In this document: positions 37,203 through 48,135 of the stretch, piece by piece
Layout: each line of letters starts with the position of its first letter
Numbering within the stretch: position 1 is the stretch's first letter
Assembly (NCBI GenBank): GCA_021325135.1
Contig: JAJPHT010000039.1
Location: 64,001 to 128,000 of the forward strand
Direction: 5' to 3'
Source: Pseudomonadota bacterium
GTDB lineage: Archaea > Thermoplasmatota > SW-10-69-26 > JACQPN01 > JAJPHT01
DNA length: 64,000 nucleotides
Notes under the pieces: model-generated
What the model was told of the DNA's origin: nothing
The model's input: the letters and a program-made list of their open reading frames with translations, nothing else
Databases searched by the model: none
Program-made: the position numbers and the translations under genes

Positions 37203-38177
37203 TCACTCAGGCTGCGTCGTCTTCGCCTCGCCCCAGCGCCTCGGGTACGTCCCGGGGCGCATGACGACGCGCTCGGTCTTCAGCACGATGCCCGACTCGC
37301 GCTTCTGCGCGTCGGCGGCCGCCATCTTCGCGCGGCCCACGGCGACGAGCTCGCCCTTGAGCGTGAAGGCCGCGGCGAGGTCGCCTTCCTTGAGCGACTC
37401 GTGGACCTCGACGAGGCCGGGGAGCGCCAGGTCCGCGCCATGGCAGAGCGCGTCCACCGCGGAGTCGCGGATGACGAGGCGCGGCAGGTGCCCGACAAGC
37501 TCCTCCACGGGGCGCACGACCTCGCGCAGCCACGACTCGTCGCCCGTCTCCTTCCAGTGCTCCCAGGCGTCCTTCACGTCGTGGAGCGTGACGCTGGTGG
37601 CCTCGGTGAAGGGGCCGGTGACGCTGCGGCGAAGCTCGCGCATGTGGCCGCCGGGGCCCAGCACGGTGCCCACGTCGGTGCAGAGCTTGCGGATGTAGGT
37701 GCCCGCCTCGCACGAGACGCGGAAGAGGGCGAGGCGGTTCGTCGTCTCCATGACGTCCAGCGAGTAGATCTCGCGCACGCGAAGCTCGCGCTTCACCGCG
37801 CTCTTGAGCGGGGGGACCTGGTAGATGGGGCCCTGGAAGAGCGCCAGCGTCTCGCGGATGCGCTCGGGCTTGGCCTCGCGGTGCGTCTCCAGGACGCAGA
37901 CGTACTCCTTGGGGCTCTCCAGGAGGGCGCGCACGATGCGCGTGGCGTCCTCCAGCGCGACGGGCAGGACGCCCGTGACGTTGGGGTCCAGCGTGCCGCC
38001 GTGGCCCGCCTTCTTGAGCCCCATGGCGGCCTTCAGCCAGGCGACCACCTGGTGCGAGGTGGGCCCGCTGGGCTTGTCGAGGTTGATCACGCCCAGCCGG
38101 ACGTGATCCTCGATGGCGCGCTCGCTGGGCCTCTTCCCGTAGGCGGGATCGGTGTCGGCCCGGGCGCGGACGAGCAT
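37203..38177 (-). CDS. truB: Cbf5/TruB RNA-guided pseudouridine synthase
   Basis: INLDKPSGPTSHQV, GHGGTLDPNVTG, PPLKSAVKR, CEAGTYIRKL, PUA domain, YPRRW. Confidence 0.96.
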   Translation of the reverse strand: MLVRARADTDPAYGKRPSERAIEDHVRLGVINLDKPSGPTSHQVVAWLKAAMGLKKAGHGGTLDPNVTGVLPVALEDATRIVRALLESPKEYVCVLETHREAKPERIRETLALFQGPIYQVPPLKSAVKRELRVREIYSLDVMETTNRLALFRVSCEAGTYIRKLCTDVGTVLGPGGHMRELRRSVTGPFTEATSVTLHDVKDAWEHWKETGDESWLREVVRPVEELVGHLPRLVIRDSAVDALCHGADLALPGLVEVHESLKEGDLAAAFTLKGELVAVGRAKMAAADAQKRESGIVLKTERVVMRPGTYPRRWGEAKTTQPE

Positions 38178-38219
38178 CGCGGCGGCGAGAGGGGGCTTCC
38201 CACTTGAGGGCTTCGGGCG

Positions 38220-38654
38220 TCACGCGGGCGCTTCCGCCGCCCTCGCGAGGCCCTGGAGGTCGGCCTCCAGCTCCCTCTCCAGCCCGGCCGCGACCACGGG
38301 GCCCATCACCTTCTGGAGCCCCTTCAGCTCGTACTCGGCGAACGCCACGACGCGCGTCCCGCCCTGCGCCGGGTGAAGCTCGTAGCCCCCCTTGGCGGCG
38401 GGCTCGCCGTTGCGCCGAACGTCCATCTCCAGGAGGCGCGGCGCGTCGAGGCGCGTCACGGTGGACTCGTAGCGGCTGCGGCTCCCCGGCGCGGTGCGCC
38501 GCGAGACGACGCGGGCGCCCACCTGCAGCGGCTCGTGGGTGGGCTCCTCCTTCATGCTCTGGAGCCAGCGCGCCCTCTGGGCGGGGTCGGTGAGGAGGGT
38601 CCAGACCCGCTCGGGGGGCGCGCGGATGGTCCGCTCGCGGCTGAGCCGGGGCAC
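38220..38654 (-). CDS. SRPBCC family protein
   Basis: TIRAPPERVWTLLTDP....RW. Confidence 0.85.
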   Translation of the reverse strand: MPRLSRERTIRAPPERVWTLLTDPAQRARWLQSMKEEPTHEPLQVGARVVSRRTAPGSRSRYESTVTRLDAPRLLEMDVRRNGEPAAKGGYELHPAQGGTRVVAFAEYELKGLQKVMGPVVAAGLERELEADLQGLARAAEAPA

Positions 38655-38742
38655 GGGCGCCCAACCGCCCGGGCTCGCATGGACCTTCTCCCCTGGTCCT
38701 GAACCACAGCGCTCAAATGCTCTCCAAGCGACCGCTCTGCCG

Positions 38743-38964
38743 ATGCTCGCGTTGGAGCCCACCGGCGAGATGGCCCTGCCCCTTGGAGGCGTCCGGCTCC
38801 TTGGCATCGAGGCCACGCGCCGCACCCACTGGCACGCGATGCGCCACGTCTTCGACCTCGGCGAGGACGCGGGCCTGCACGTGGAGGTGGGCCCCTTCGG
38901 CGACGTGCTCGCCTTCGCCGTGGCCTACGACCACGCGGGCGACGAGCTTCTCACGGCGCTCTAG
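38743..38964 (+). CDS. Small hypothetical protein
   Basis: GC3-rich frame filling the gap; start uncertain. Confidence 0.45.
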   Translation: MLALEPTGEMALPLGGVRLLGIEATRRTHWHAMRHVFDLGEDAGLHVEVGPFGDVLAFAVAYDHAGDELLTAL

Positions 38965-39872
38965 CCGAACCCGCCCACGTAGCCCCCGGAGCTTGGCTCG
39001 GGCACCAGCACGCCGAACCCGCCCGCCGCGTTGCGGCGGAAGCCGCGGAAGGAGGGGTCGGTGGTGGTCGTGAAGGGCGTCTTGCGCAGCTTGACCTCGG
39101 CCGTCCGCAGCGGGCCCAGCCCCCAGCCGTCGGTGCGCGCCTCGGCGAACGCGACCGTCATGCGCTTGGCGAGGGCCACCAGGTACGGGTTCGCGTCGTC
39201 CATGTCCTCCGGCGCCTCAGGCGGGGCGTCGGGGCGCCGCGGCGGGTGCACGTAGACGACGCGCTCGATGCCGCTCTTCGCCAGCAGGGCCGCGCTGGGG
39301 AGGTCGCTGTCCAGGAGGAAGTAGCGGTTGTCGAAGTCGCGCGGCTGGGGCATGCGCGTGCCCAGGCGCCACGCGTCGAGCATGATGGCGGGGGGCGTGA
39401 CGCCCTCGATGCGGTCCCTCGCGTCGCGCGCCCACGAGGCGTAGGCGAGGAGCGCGCCCAGCGCGGCCTTCGCGTCGCCCACCTCCGCCTGGTGGGGCCA
39501 GTTGTTGAACGTCGCGACGGGCTGCATCTTCGCGCGCTGGGCCAGGAGCGCGCCGTAGGCCACCGAGAGGGCGCCCGGAAGCTCCAGGAGGACGGCCGTG
39601 CGCCCGTCGATCCACTCGGGAAGCTCGCGCGGCGCGGAGGCGATGTCAAAGCCGGGCGGGACCCACGGCCCCACCGCGTCGTGGTGCAGGCTGTCGAGGG
39701 CCGCGAAGAGGGTGGGGCGCTGGAAGGCGGACCAGGGCGAGGCGTCGGGCGGGGCCCATGCGGCGTGGAGCGCGGCGGGGTCGAGGAGCTTCCTCCAGTC
39801 GGCCTCGCCCATGGCGTCGAGCCCGGTGGGGTCGCCGATGGCGACGGGGCCCAGGCTGGGCGCGCGGCGCAT
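38961..39872 (-). CDS. Hypothetical protein with C-terminal GGFG...GGFG tail
   Basis: Third gene of the operon; PVATFNNWP, FDNRYFL..DLPSA; ends AAGGFGVLVPEPSSGGYVGGFG; alternative start at 39932. Confidence 0.8.
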   Translation of the reverse strand: MRRAPSLGPVAIGDPTGLDAMGEADWRKLLDPAALHAAWAPPDASPWSAFQRPTLFAALDSLHHDAVGPWVPPGFDIASAPRELPEWIDGRTAVLLELPGALSVAYGALLAQRAKMQPVATFNNWPHQAEVGDAKAALGALLAYASWARDARDRIEGVTPPAIMLDAWRLGTRMPQPRDFDNRYFLLDSDLPSAALLAKSGIERVVYVHPPRRPDAPPEAPEDMDDANPYLVALAKRMTVAFAEARTDGWGLGPLRTAEVKLRKTPFTTTTDPSFRGFRRNAAGGFGVLVPEPSSGGYVGGFG

Positions 39873-39894
39873 GGAGCCCAACCGCGCGAGCGTC

Positions 39895-41046
39895 TCAAAC
39901 GGCTTCCAGAACGGTGAGTACGTTGGCGGCATCGTATCGCACCACGTGTTGCTCGGAGATCCTGCTGTAGCAGCCGGCGAACCGGCCGTTGACGACGTAG
40001 GCGCCCACGCAGGGCGTCGCGCTGCGGCCCTCGCCCGTCTCGACGCGCAGCGGCCGGAACCGCTCCTGGAGGACGGTGGGCTGCGGACGGCGCAGGGCGC
40101 CCGCGAGGGCCTTCTCCCAGGCCTTCGGCGTCTCGTCCGCGCCCAGCACCACGCCCTCGCCCATGCGGCCGAAGCACGGCTTGAGGACCCAGCGCTCGCG
40201 CTCGGCCGCGGCCTCGCGGGCAAGCTCGGGCGTGAGGAGCCTCGTCTCGGGGATCGCGGGGTGGTCGAGCAGCGCGAAGGCGGCCTTGCTCTGCGTCCAG
40301 AGCGTCGCGAAGGGGTTGACGACGCGCAGGCCCGCCTCCAGCGCGGCGGCCCACGCGTCGAGGTTCGGCAGCGCGGGGAACCACTCGCCGGGGAAGAAGC
40401 GGTAGATGATATCAACGGGCTCGCCCGCGAGGGTGGTCCGCCCCTCCGCATGCTCCAGGTGCGCGGGAGAGGCGAGCACTGTCTCGAAGCCGTGCATCTC
40501 CAGGAGGTCCGCCAGGAGGCGCACCACCTGCATGTCCTCGGCGTAGGCCGTGGCGTAGACCATGCCGATGCGGCGCGCGCCGGCGAAGAGCCGCGCCAGC
40601 GCGTCGGGCAGGTCGCCGGGCGGCTCCATGCCCTTCTCCACGGCGTCCGCGAAGAGCGCGGGCAGCCCCAGGGCGTCGTTGTAGCCGCCGGGCACGTCGT
40701 CGTTGCACTCCGACGCGCGCCACCCTTCGGCGGTGAGGAAGAGGTCGACACGCGTGACGCGGGGGCCGCCGCCGCGGGCGAGGGGCACGACCTCCGGGGG
40801 CACGCCCAGGGCGCGCGTCCTCTCGGGGTCGCGGGGCCACGACTCCAACGCCTTCGTGGTCAGCGCGTCGATCTCCTCGGCGGCGCGCGCGAGGCCCGCG
40901 TGCTCCTCCGCGGTGAGCGCGAGGGCGCCCCGCGCGACGGTGGCGCGGCCGCGGACGTGCGTGTCCCACTTGCGGAACGTCCAGCGCAGGGTCTGGAGCC
41001 GCGCGTCCATCGCGGCCTGGGGGAGCGCGAAGGGGACGTATCTCAT
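39895..41046 (-). CDS. Glutathionylspermidine-synthase-like ATP-grasp ligase (YgiC/YjfC type)
   Basis: RVDLF, ECNDDVPGG (ExNxDxP), YRFFPGEW, QSKA, LKPCFGRMGEGV, VGAYVV. Confidence 0.88.
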   Translation of the reverse strand: MRYVPFALPQAAMDARLQTLRWTFRKWDTHVRGRATVARGALALTAEEHAGLARAAEEIDALTTKALESWPRDPERTRALGVPPEVVPLARGGGPRVTRVDLFLTAEGWRASECNDDVPGGYNDALGLPALFADAVEKGMEPPGDLPDALARLFAGARRIGMVYATAYAEDMQVVRLLADLLEMHGFETVLASPAHLEHAEGRTTLAGEPVDIIYRFFPGEWFPALPNLDAWAAALEAGLRVVNPFATLWTQSKAAFALLDHPAIPETRLLTPELAREAAAERERWVLKPCFGRMGEGVVLGADETPKAWEKALAGALRRPQPTVLQERFRPLRVETGEGRSATPCVGAYVVNGRFAGCYSRISEQHVVRYDAANVLTVLEAV

Positions 41047-41050
41047 GGTC

Positions 41051-41809
41051 TCACGTCAGGAAATAGTAGAGAAGGCCGCCCGCGACGAGGAGCGCCGCGG
41101 CGGCGAGGCGGATGGCGTCCTTGCGCGGGTGGAACCGGGAGTAGGCGCCCGCCAGCGCGGCGACGGGGGCGATGGCCACGATGGGCGCGACGCGGCGCAG
41201 GTAGTCGGGCAGGTCGCGCTCCCAGCCGGTGAAGTCGCCTGCGGCGGCGCGGCCCGCGACGAGGCCCGCCGAGATCGCCACGCCCGCGAGGAGGATCGCC
41301 GCGGAGACGTCGCGCTCCAGCCGCACGTCGTCCTTGAGCTGGCCCAGGCGCCCCACGAGCGCCATGCTGCCGCGAAGCTCCCAGTAGGCGAGGAAGAAGA
41401 ACGCGACCACGACCCACCAGCCGGGGCCCTCGCCGGTGAGCGCGCCGCCGAAGGCGAACGCGGTGCCCAGCGCGAAGCCCCCCATGGCGATGCCCGCCGC
41501 GAGGTTGCCGCGCTCCACGACGTCGGCGGGATAGAACATGCCCAGCATGGGCACGCGGAGGCCCGCCACGAGGAGGATCGCAAGGGCGAGGAAGACGTAC
41601 ATCCAGGTGTAGAAGCCCACGATGTCCGAGGCCGCGCCCGTCTGGAGCACGAACCAGAACCACAGCAGCGCGAAGAGGACGGAGGCGCGCACGACGCCCA
41701 CGCCCGGGTTGTGGTTGCGCAGGAAGAAGGCGTTGGTGGAGAAGGGGAAGACGCGCCAGAGGCCCCAGAGGGTGACCAAGGCGCTGAGGACGAAGAGGGG
41801 CACCTCCAT
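41051..41809 (-). CDS. Membrane protein with tandem DUF350-like units
   Basis: ERGNLAAGIAMGG and ERDVSAAILLAG motifs; about 8 TM. Confidence 0.75.
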   Translation of the reverse strand: MEVPLFVLSALVTLWGLWRVFPFSTNAFFLRNHNPGVGVVRASVLFALLWFWFVLQTGAASDIVGFYTWMYVFLALAILLVAGLRVPMLGMFYPADVVERGNLAAGIAMGGFALGTAFAFGGALTGEGPGWWVVVAFFFLAYWELRGSMALVGRLGQLKDDVRLERDVSAAILLAGVAISAGLVAGRAAAGDFTGWERDLPDYLRRVAPIVAIAPVAALAGAYSRFHPRKDAIRLAAAALLVAGGLLYYFLT

Positions 41810-41905
41810 CGTCCAGCCGATCTCGTAGAGGCTGTAGAACGGATCGGTCAGCGGAACGTCGACCAGCCGGCACTCCCCGCGACGGCGCGAGGCGCACGCG
41901 GGTGG

Positions 41906-42358
41906 TTAACCGTTGCGAGGCGCGGCGGACGCGACCTTGCGGTCCAGGGCCTCGATGTCGCCCTGGGTCTGCTTGGCGATGGTCCCCTTGACCATGGGCG
42001 TCATGAGGGCCATGAGGCCGGGGAGGCGGAAGTCGATGGCGCACTTGACGCGCGTGCCCGCGCCTTCGGGCGTGAGGGTCCAGGTGGCGACGCCCGCGGG
42101 CTTGCCGTCGCGGTGGATGTCCAGCACGAGCTGGCGGCCCGGCTCGGCCTTGAGCACGGTGCCCTGAACGTCGGCGGGGCGCCCCATGGTGACGCGGCGC
42201 TGCGTGAACTTCGTCCCCTCCTTCACGGGGCCGGGGGTGACCTGCTTCGAGTCGGAGACGCCGGAGAGCCACGTCTTGGAGCCGTCGAAGTCCACGAGCG
42301 CGGCGTACACGGCGGCGGGGGCGGCATGGACGAGGCCTTCGCGTTCGACGTGGGGCAT
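41906..42358 (-). CDS. SRPBCC family protein
   Basis: VHAAPAAVYAALVDF..W; paralogue of 5926 and 38220. Confidence 0.85.
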   Translation of the reverse strand: MPHVEREGLVHAAPAAVYAALVDFDGSKTWLSGVSDSKQVTPGPVKEGTKFTQRRVTMGRPADVQGTVLKAEPGRQLVLDIHRDGKPAGVATWTLTPEGAGTRVKCAIDFRLPGLMALMTPMVKGTIAKQTQGDIEALDRKVASAAPRNG

Positions 42359-42400
42359 GCAGGCGGCACCGCCGGAAGGGGGTTTGAGCTTGTTCCCGAA

Positions 42401-42787
42401 TCACGGCGCGCGGGGCCGGAACGCCAGCGAGGCCGAGTTGATGCAGTAACGCAGGCCCGTGGGCGCGGGCCCGTCGTCGAAGACGTGCCCCAGGTGCGCC
42501 TCGCACGCGGCGCAGCGCACCTCGGTGCGCTTCATGAAGAGCGTGCGGTCGACGCGCTCCTGGATGCGCGAGCCTTCGGCTGGCTCGAAGAAGCTGGGCC
42601 AGCCCGTGCCCGAGTCGAACTTGGCGCGCGAGTCGAAGAGGGGCGCATCGCAGCAGACGCAGCGGTACTCCCCCTCCGCATGGTGGTTCCAGTACTCGCC
42701 TGTGAAGGGGCGCTCGGTGCCGGCCTCCTGCGTGACGTGGTAGGCCAGGGGGCTGAGGCGGGCGCGGAGGTCGGAGGCGCTCTTCAT
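42401..42787 (-). CDS. msrB: Methionine-R-sulfoxide reductase
   Basis: [41 protein letters not shown]. Confidence 0.97.
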   Translation of the reverse strand: MKSASDLRARLSPLAYHVTQEAGTERPFTGEYWNHHAEGEYRCVCCDAPLFDSRAKFDSGTGWPSFFEPAEGSRIQERVDRTLFMKRTEVRCAACEAHLGHVFDDGPAPTGLRYCINSASLAFRPRAP

Positions 42788-42886
42788 GAGGCTCCCAGGG
42801 GCCTCCGGAAGGTGAGGCTTTGCCCAGATTCCCCCGGAAACGATTTCTCCTCCCCGGGGTCTCGGAGAGGCGGGAGGCAACCGCCC

Positions 42887-43432
42887 TTGACCCGCATCCA
42901 GCGTCCCGCCCTTCTCGCCCTTGCCCTGATGGTCCTTTCCCTGCCCGCGGCCGGCGCCGAGTCCCCGACCTCGGGCGCCTGCGACTCGACGGGCGTGCTC
43001 GTCTGCGTCGGCGCGGACGTGGGCGCCTCCGTCGCGTGCGGCCTCGACGCCACCGGCCTCGCGACGTGCTCGTGGACCTACGGCTGGGTGACCACCGGCT
43101 ACAGCCCCGCGCAGCTTCCCGGCCACGAGAACGACACGGTGACGACCCTCGTGCGCATCTGCCCTGGCAACGGCCCCTGCCAGGACGCCACGACGGTCGC
43201 GACGCACGGCTGCGCCTGGACCCCCGTCGCGGGCTGCGACCACAGCAGCAGCCCGCCGGGCGGCTCGACCACGGCCCAGCTTGCCCTGGGCGAGTGCCTC
43301 ACTGTCGAGGTGCAGATGAGCGTGGACGTCGCGGGCGTCGTCGTGGAGGGCGGCCCCGCGCTCGCCCACGCCGCGTTCCACAACGCGGGCGGCAACGGCG
43401 GCGCGGTCTGCCGCGTCGACGACGGACGATAG
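42887..43432 (+). CDS. Secreted Cys-rich protein (10 Cys)
   Basis: Signal peptide [19 protein letters not shown]; TTG start inferred. Confidence 0.72.
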   Translation: MTRIQRPALLALALMVLSLPAAGAESPTSGACDSTGVLVCVGADVGASVACGLDATGLATCSWTYGWVTTGYSPAQLPGHENDTVTTLVRICPGNGPCQDATTVATHGCAWTPVAGCDHSSSPPGGSTTAQLALGECLTVEVQMSVDVAGVVVEGGPALAHAAFHNAGGNGGAVCRVDDGR

Positions 43433-43438
43433 TCCTGC

Positions 43439-44641
<1,203 letters not shown>

Positions 44642-44728
44642 CGGAGCCACTTAGGGGCTGCCGGGGATGAAGGCCTCGCCCCGGGAGCGACAAAGGGGGA
44701 CGCGCGCGTCCGGAATCGGACACCTGCG

Positions 44729-45172
44729 TCAGGACTCGGTGACGACCACGTGCGCGCTCACGGGCCCGGCGCCCGAGTACTCGATTTGCTTGACGCCGGC
44801 CGCGGGCGCGGTCTTGGTGCACGTGGTGGAGTCCGTTACGGGGCCGTCCGCCAGGGTGCACACCGCGCCGCCGACCTTCACCTGCACGCCGCTGGCGACG
44901 CCCGCGGGCGCGCCGCCCGCGGGGCTGAAGGTGACGTTGATGGTGACGGTCATCGCGGCGGGGTCGACGGTGATGGGCACGGGGCTGGCGGGGCTCGCCG
45001 GCGTGTCCGTGAACGTGTGGTCGTCGGTCTTCAGCGTCTTGGCGGCCGCCGTGCCGTTGGTCCCGGGCGTCGCGCCCGTGGGCGTCGTCGGCGTGCCGCC
45101 GTTCGTGCCGTTGTTGGCCGCGCAGCCCGCCGCGAGGATCGACAGGACGACGAGGAGGAGGATGGAGCGCAT
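44729..45172 (-). CDS. Small lipoprotein, paralogue 1
   Basis: ILAAGC lipobox; Thr/Pro linker; beta domain with 2 Cys. Confidence 0.8.
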   Translation of the reverse strand: MRSILLLVVLSILAAGCAANNGTNGGTPTTPTGATPGTNGTAAAKTLKTDDHTFTDTPASPASPVPITVDPAAMTVTINVTFSPAGGAPAGVASGVQVKVGGAVCTLADGPVTDSTTCTKTAPAAGVKQIEYSGAGPVSAHVVVTES

Positions 45173-45274
45173 GCCCCTGTCGAGCGCCAGGGGATTGATG
45201 AAGAAATCGGCCCGGTCGTTGAGACAAAGGCCGAATGACAAGGGGGGTGCTAGGTGGAACGTCCTCCGGCCTGC

Positions 45275-45496
45275 TCAGAACACGTAGCAGGGCTCCAGGA
45301 GCGGGTCCAGGTTGGACGTGGTGCTGACGTAGACCAGGCAGTTGGCGGTTCCGCACCGGCCGTCGGGAGCACAGTCGTAGCCGGTGCACTCAGCGTCCAC
45401 GAGCCCAGCGCAGGTTCCACCGGGCGAAGCGGCGGCGAAGGTTCCCGTTCCGACGAGCGCGAAGAGGATGGCGGAAGCAATCAGGATGAGCTTCAT
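45275..45496 (-). CDS. Secreted 6-Cys peptide
   Basis: Signal peptide MKLILIASAILFALV; lower-GC codon use. Confidence 0.65.
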   Translation of the reverse strand: MKLILIASAILFALVGTGTFAAASPGGTCAGLVDAECTGYDCAPDGRCGTANCLVYVSTTSNLDPLLEPCYVF

Positions 45497-45640
45497 GGGT
45501 TCCCCGGGGAAGGGAGCGCAAGGTCAGCGAAGACGGCTTCCAAAATTACAGAAACCATCGTCTGGTCGTGTGAATCGGAAGAATGCGTCGAAGAAGAGGT
45601 TGGACGGCGGAGGGGTGCGGGCCCCTCCGTGACCGTCGCG

Positions 45641-46195
45641 CTACTGGAGCTCCATCACGGTCACGGTCGCCGTGATGGGCGCCGGGCCGCCGCCGTACTT
45701 GATGGCCATCTTGCCGGGGGCCGCGGTGCCGGCCTTGTTGGCGCACGCCGCGGGGGACTGGTCCACGGGGCCCGGGAGGCTGCACGTGGCGCCGCCAATG
45801 CTGACGGTGACGCCGTTGGGGTCGGGCGCGGCAGGCGCGCCGCCGGCGATGGCCCACGTGACGTTGAGGACCAGCTTGGTGTAGCCGGCGTCGATGTTGC
45901 AGGGCGTGTCAGCGGGGGGCGTCGGCGCGCCGCCGTTGGGCGTCTCGGTGAAGTCGACGTTCGCCGAGCAGGCCTGCTTGGGCGCGAGGGTGGCCGGCGT
46001 CGTGCTGTTCGTGTCCGTGCCGCCGGGGCTGGTGGGCGTCGTGCCGGCGGGCGTGCTGCCGGTGGGCGACGAGGGCGTGGCGTCGGTGGGCGTCGTCGCG
46101 CCGGTGTCGCCGCCGTTGTCGTTGTTGTTCGACTTGCCGAAGCATCCGGCGAACGCGAGCATCGCCGCCAGGACGAGGACAGGGACCAGCCTCAT
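45641..46195 (-). CDS. Small lipoprotein, paralogue 2
   Basis: AFAGC lipobox; shares GV.V..GGA.C.L..PV.....C...K.I.Y.G with 44729. Confidence 0.8.
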   Translation of the reverse strand: MRLVPVLVLAAMLAFAGCFGKSNNNDNGGDTGATTPTDATPSSPTGSTPAGTTPTSPGGTDTNSTTPATLAPKQACSANVDFTETPNGGAPTPPADTPCNIDAGYTKLVLNVTWAIAGGAPAAPDPNGVTVSIGGATCSLPGPVDQSPAACANKAGTAAPGKMAIKYGGGPAPITATVTVMELQ

Positions 46196-46342
46196 GAGGG
46201 GGCGGACGGCGGAGGGCTACCTGAAGGTTTCGAATGCAATGTTGAAGGCTTTCGCCGGAGCCCTCTGGTCGCGGCTGCCCGAATCGGGACGCAGGCGTCC
46301 AGGGCCGAACGTTCAAGACCATCGCCTGCGCTGCGCCGCGGC

Positions 46343-47008
46343 ATGGCCCGCCGCAAGCCGTCGACCGGCGTCTCCACCGCCGCCGTGGTCCGCGACTACA
46401 TCGACACGCACCCCTCCATCAAGGACGGCATGCGCATGGGCATCATCAACCTCAGCGCGCTGGCCCGGAAGATCATGGAGGAGAAGGGGCTCAAGTCCGA
46501 GGAGGCGGCGCTCATGGCGTGCCGGCGCTACGAGCTGGACCCCAAGAGCCGCATCAACGAGGAGGCCATCCTCAAGGTGCTGCGCCGCAGCAAGCTGGAG
46601 ATCCGCACGAAGGTCGTGACCATGACGGTGCGCCCCTCGTGGCACATGTACGGCAAGCTCGAGAAGGTCATGAGCGCGATGCGCGGCCGCGAGCAGAACG
46701 TCCACATCATCCAGGGCACGGCGGGCGTCACGGTCATCATGGACGGCGCGGTGGCGAAGGAGGTCCGCGACATCGTGGGCGAGGACGAGATCCTCAAGGA
46801 GGCCAAGGACCTCGTGGAGCTCATCGTCACCTCCCCCGAGGTGGTGGAGGACGTGCAGGGCGTCGTGGCGTTCCTGTCCAGCAGCCTCTCGTCGAAGGGC
46901 ATCAACTTCGTCGAGCTGATCTCGTGCTTCAAGGACACCATGTTCGTCATCGAGCAGGCCGACATGATGGCGGCGTTCGACACGCTCAACCAGATCATCT
47001 CGATGTAG
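46343..47008 (+). CDS. Archaeal ACT-domain regulatory protein
   Basis: HPSIKD....GIINLSALAR; C-terminal GVVAFL...L...GIN..E..SC..D. Confidence 0.88.
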   Translation: MARRKPSTGVSTAAVVRDYIDTHPSIKDGMRMGIINLSALARKIMEEKGLKSEEAALMACRRYELDPKSRINEEAILKVLRRSKLEIRTKVVTMTVRPSWHMYGKLEKVMSAMRGREQNVHIIQGTAGVTVIMDGAVAKEVRDIVGEDEILKEAKDLVELIVTSPEVVEDVQGVVAFLSSSLSSKGINFVELISCFKDTMFVIEQADMMAAFDTLNQIISM

Positions 47009-47065
47009 GCGCCCTCCGGAACCTTCCGCGAAGGCGATATCGTTCCTGGAGGCCCTCGCCGCGGC

Positions 47066-47332
47066 ATGGCCCGAACGGGTGCTTTGGCGGTGGGGTTGGC
47101 GGCGGTCGTGATCGGCGGCGCGCTTGGCGTGATGGGCGTCTTCCTGGCGCTCGCGTCGGGGAGCTTCCTCTCGGGGGACGCGCAGCATCACGACGGGTTC
47201 TTCGGCCTGGGCGGCGGCGATTCGCAGTCCGCCTCGGTGCCCACCGCGCCGTGGATCGGCCTCCTGCTCGCGCTCGCGGGAGTCGCGATCTTCTCCTTCG
47301 GGCTGCGCGGCATGATGGAGGCCTCGGACTAG
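47066..47332 (+). CDS. Small two-TM protein
   Basis: Two hydrophobic helices; 88 aa. Confidence 0.6.
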   Translation: MARTGALAVGLAAVVIGGALGVMGVFLALASGSFLSGDAQHHDGFFGLGGGDSQSASVPTAPWIGLLLALAGVAIFSFGLRGMMEASD

Positions 47333-48039
47333 CCGGGGAGGAGCCCCTTCTCGCGCGCCGCGCGGAGCGCCGCCTCCTGGAGCGCCACGCGGTAGGCGAA
47401 GCCCCCGATGTCGGCGGCGCGCATGCGTGCATGCACGGCACCTTCCAGCTCCTCGGGCGAGAGCAGCACGACGGCCTTGATCTCGTTGGTGTCGCGCGGC
47501 TCCAGGGCGCCCCCCTGGGGCACGGCCCAGAAGACGTGGCTCTCCCAGTACTCCGGCTCGTCGGCCTTGGGGGGCGTCTCGGCGGCGAAGCGCGCCAGCG
47601 AGTCGAACACCCACTCGTCGCTGCGGCCGCGCCGGCTCGCCTCCGCCAGCGCGTGGGGGCTGGGCGTCGCGTGCGTGCCCAGCGTGAAGTGGCACGAGAC
47701 GCGCAGCAGGTAGTCCGTGATGCGGACCTTGAGCCCCGTCTCCTCGTAGGCCTCGCGCTCGGCCGCGGCGTCCAGGGGCTCGCCGGGCACGACGCCGCCG
47801 CTGGGGGGCCGCGCGACGCCCTCGGGGTAGCTGTGCTTCACGATGCAGACCAGCTTGCCTTCGAAGGGGATGAGGATGGTCGCGTCCCGGTAGCGCCCGT
47901 CGGTCTTGCTGAAGCGCAGCAGGTTGAACTCCCACTCGCGCATGGGCACGTCCAGGGTCATCTCGGAGGGCTCGCCGTAACGCTCCCGCAGGCGCGCCAC
48001 GTCCTCGCTGCGGCGGTGGGAGGGCGAGCCCTGGCTCAT
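47329..48039 (-). CDS. NUDIX hydrolase
   Basis: Nudix box GGVVPGEPLDAAAEREAYEETG. Confidence 0.9.
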   Translation of the reverse strand: MSQGSPSHRRSEDVARLRERYGEPSEMTLDVPMREWEFNLLRFSKTDGRYRDATILIPFEGKLVCIVKHSYPEGVARPPSGGVVPGEPLDAAAEREAYEETGLKVRITDYLLRVSCHFTLGTHATPSPHALAEASRRGRSDEWVFDSLARFAAETPPKADEPEYWESHVFWAVPQGGALEPRDTNEIKAVVLLSPEELEGAVHARMRAADIGGFAYRVALQEAALRAAREKGLLPG

Positions 48040-48135
48040 GCGCGTGTGTGACGCCTTCCGCCTCTTCAATCATGTCGGGCTCCCTTCGACGGGGCATCCA
48101 TGCGCTTCAAGGGGGAGTTCGCGCTTTGCCGACGC

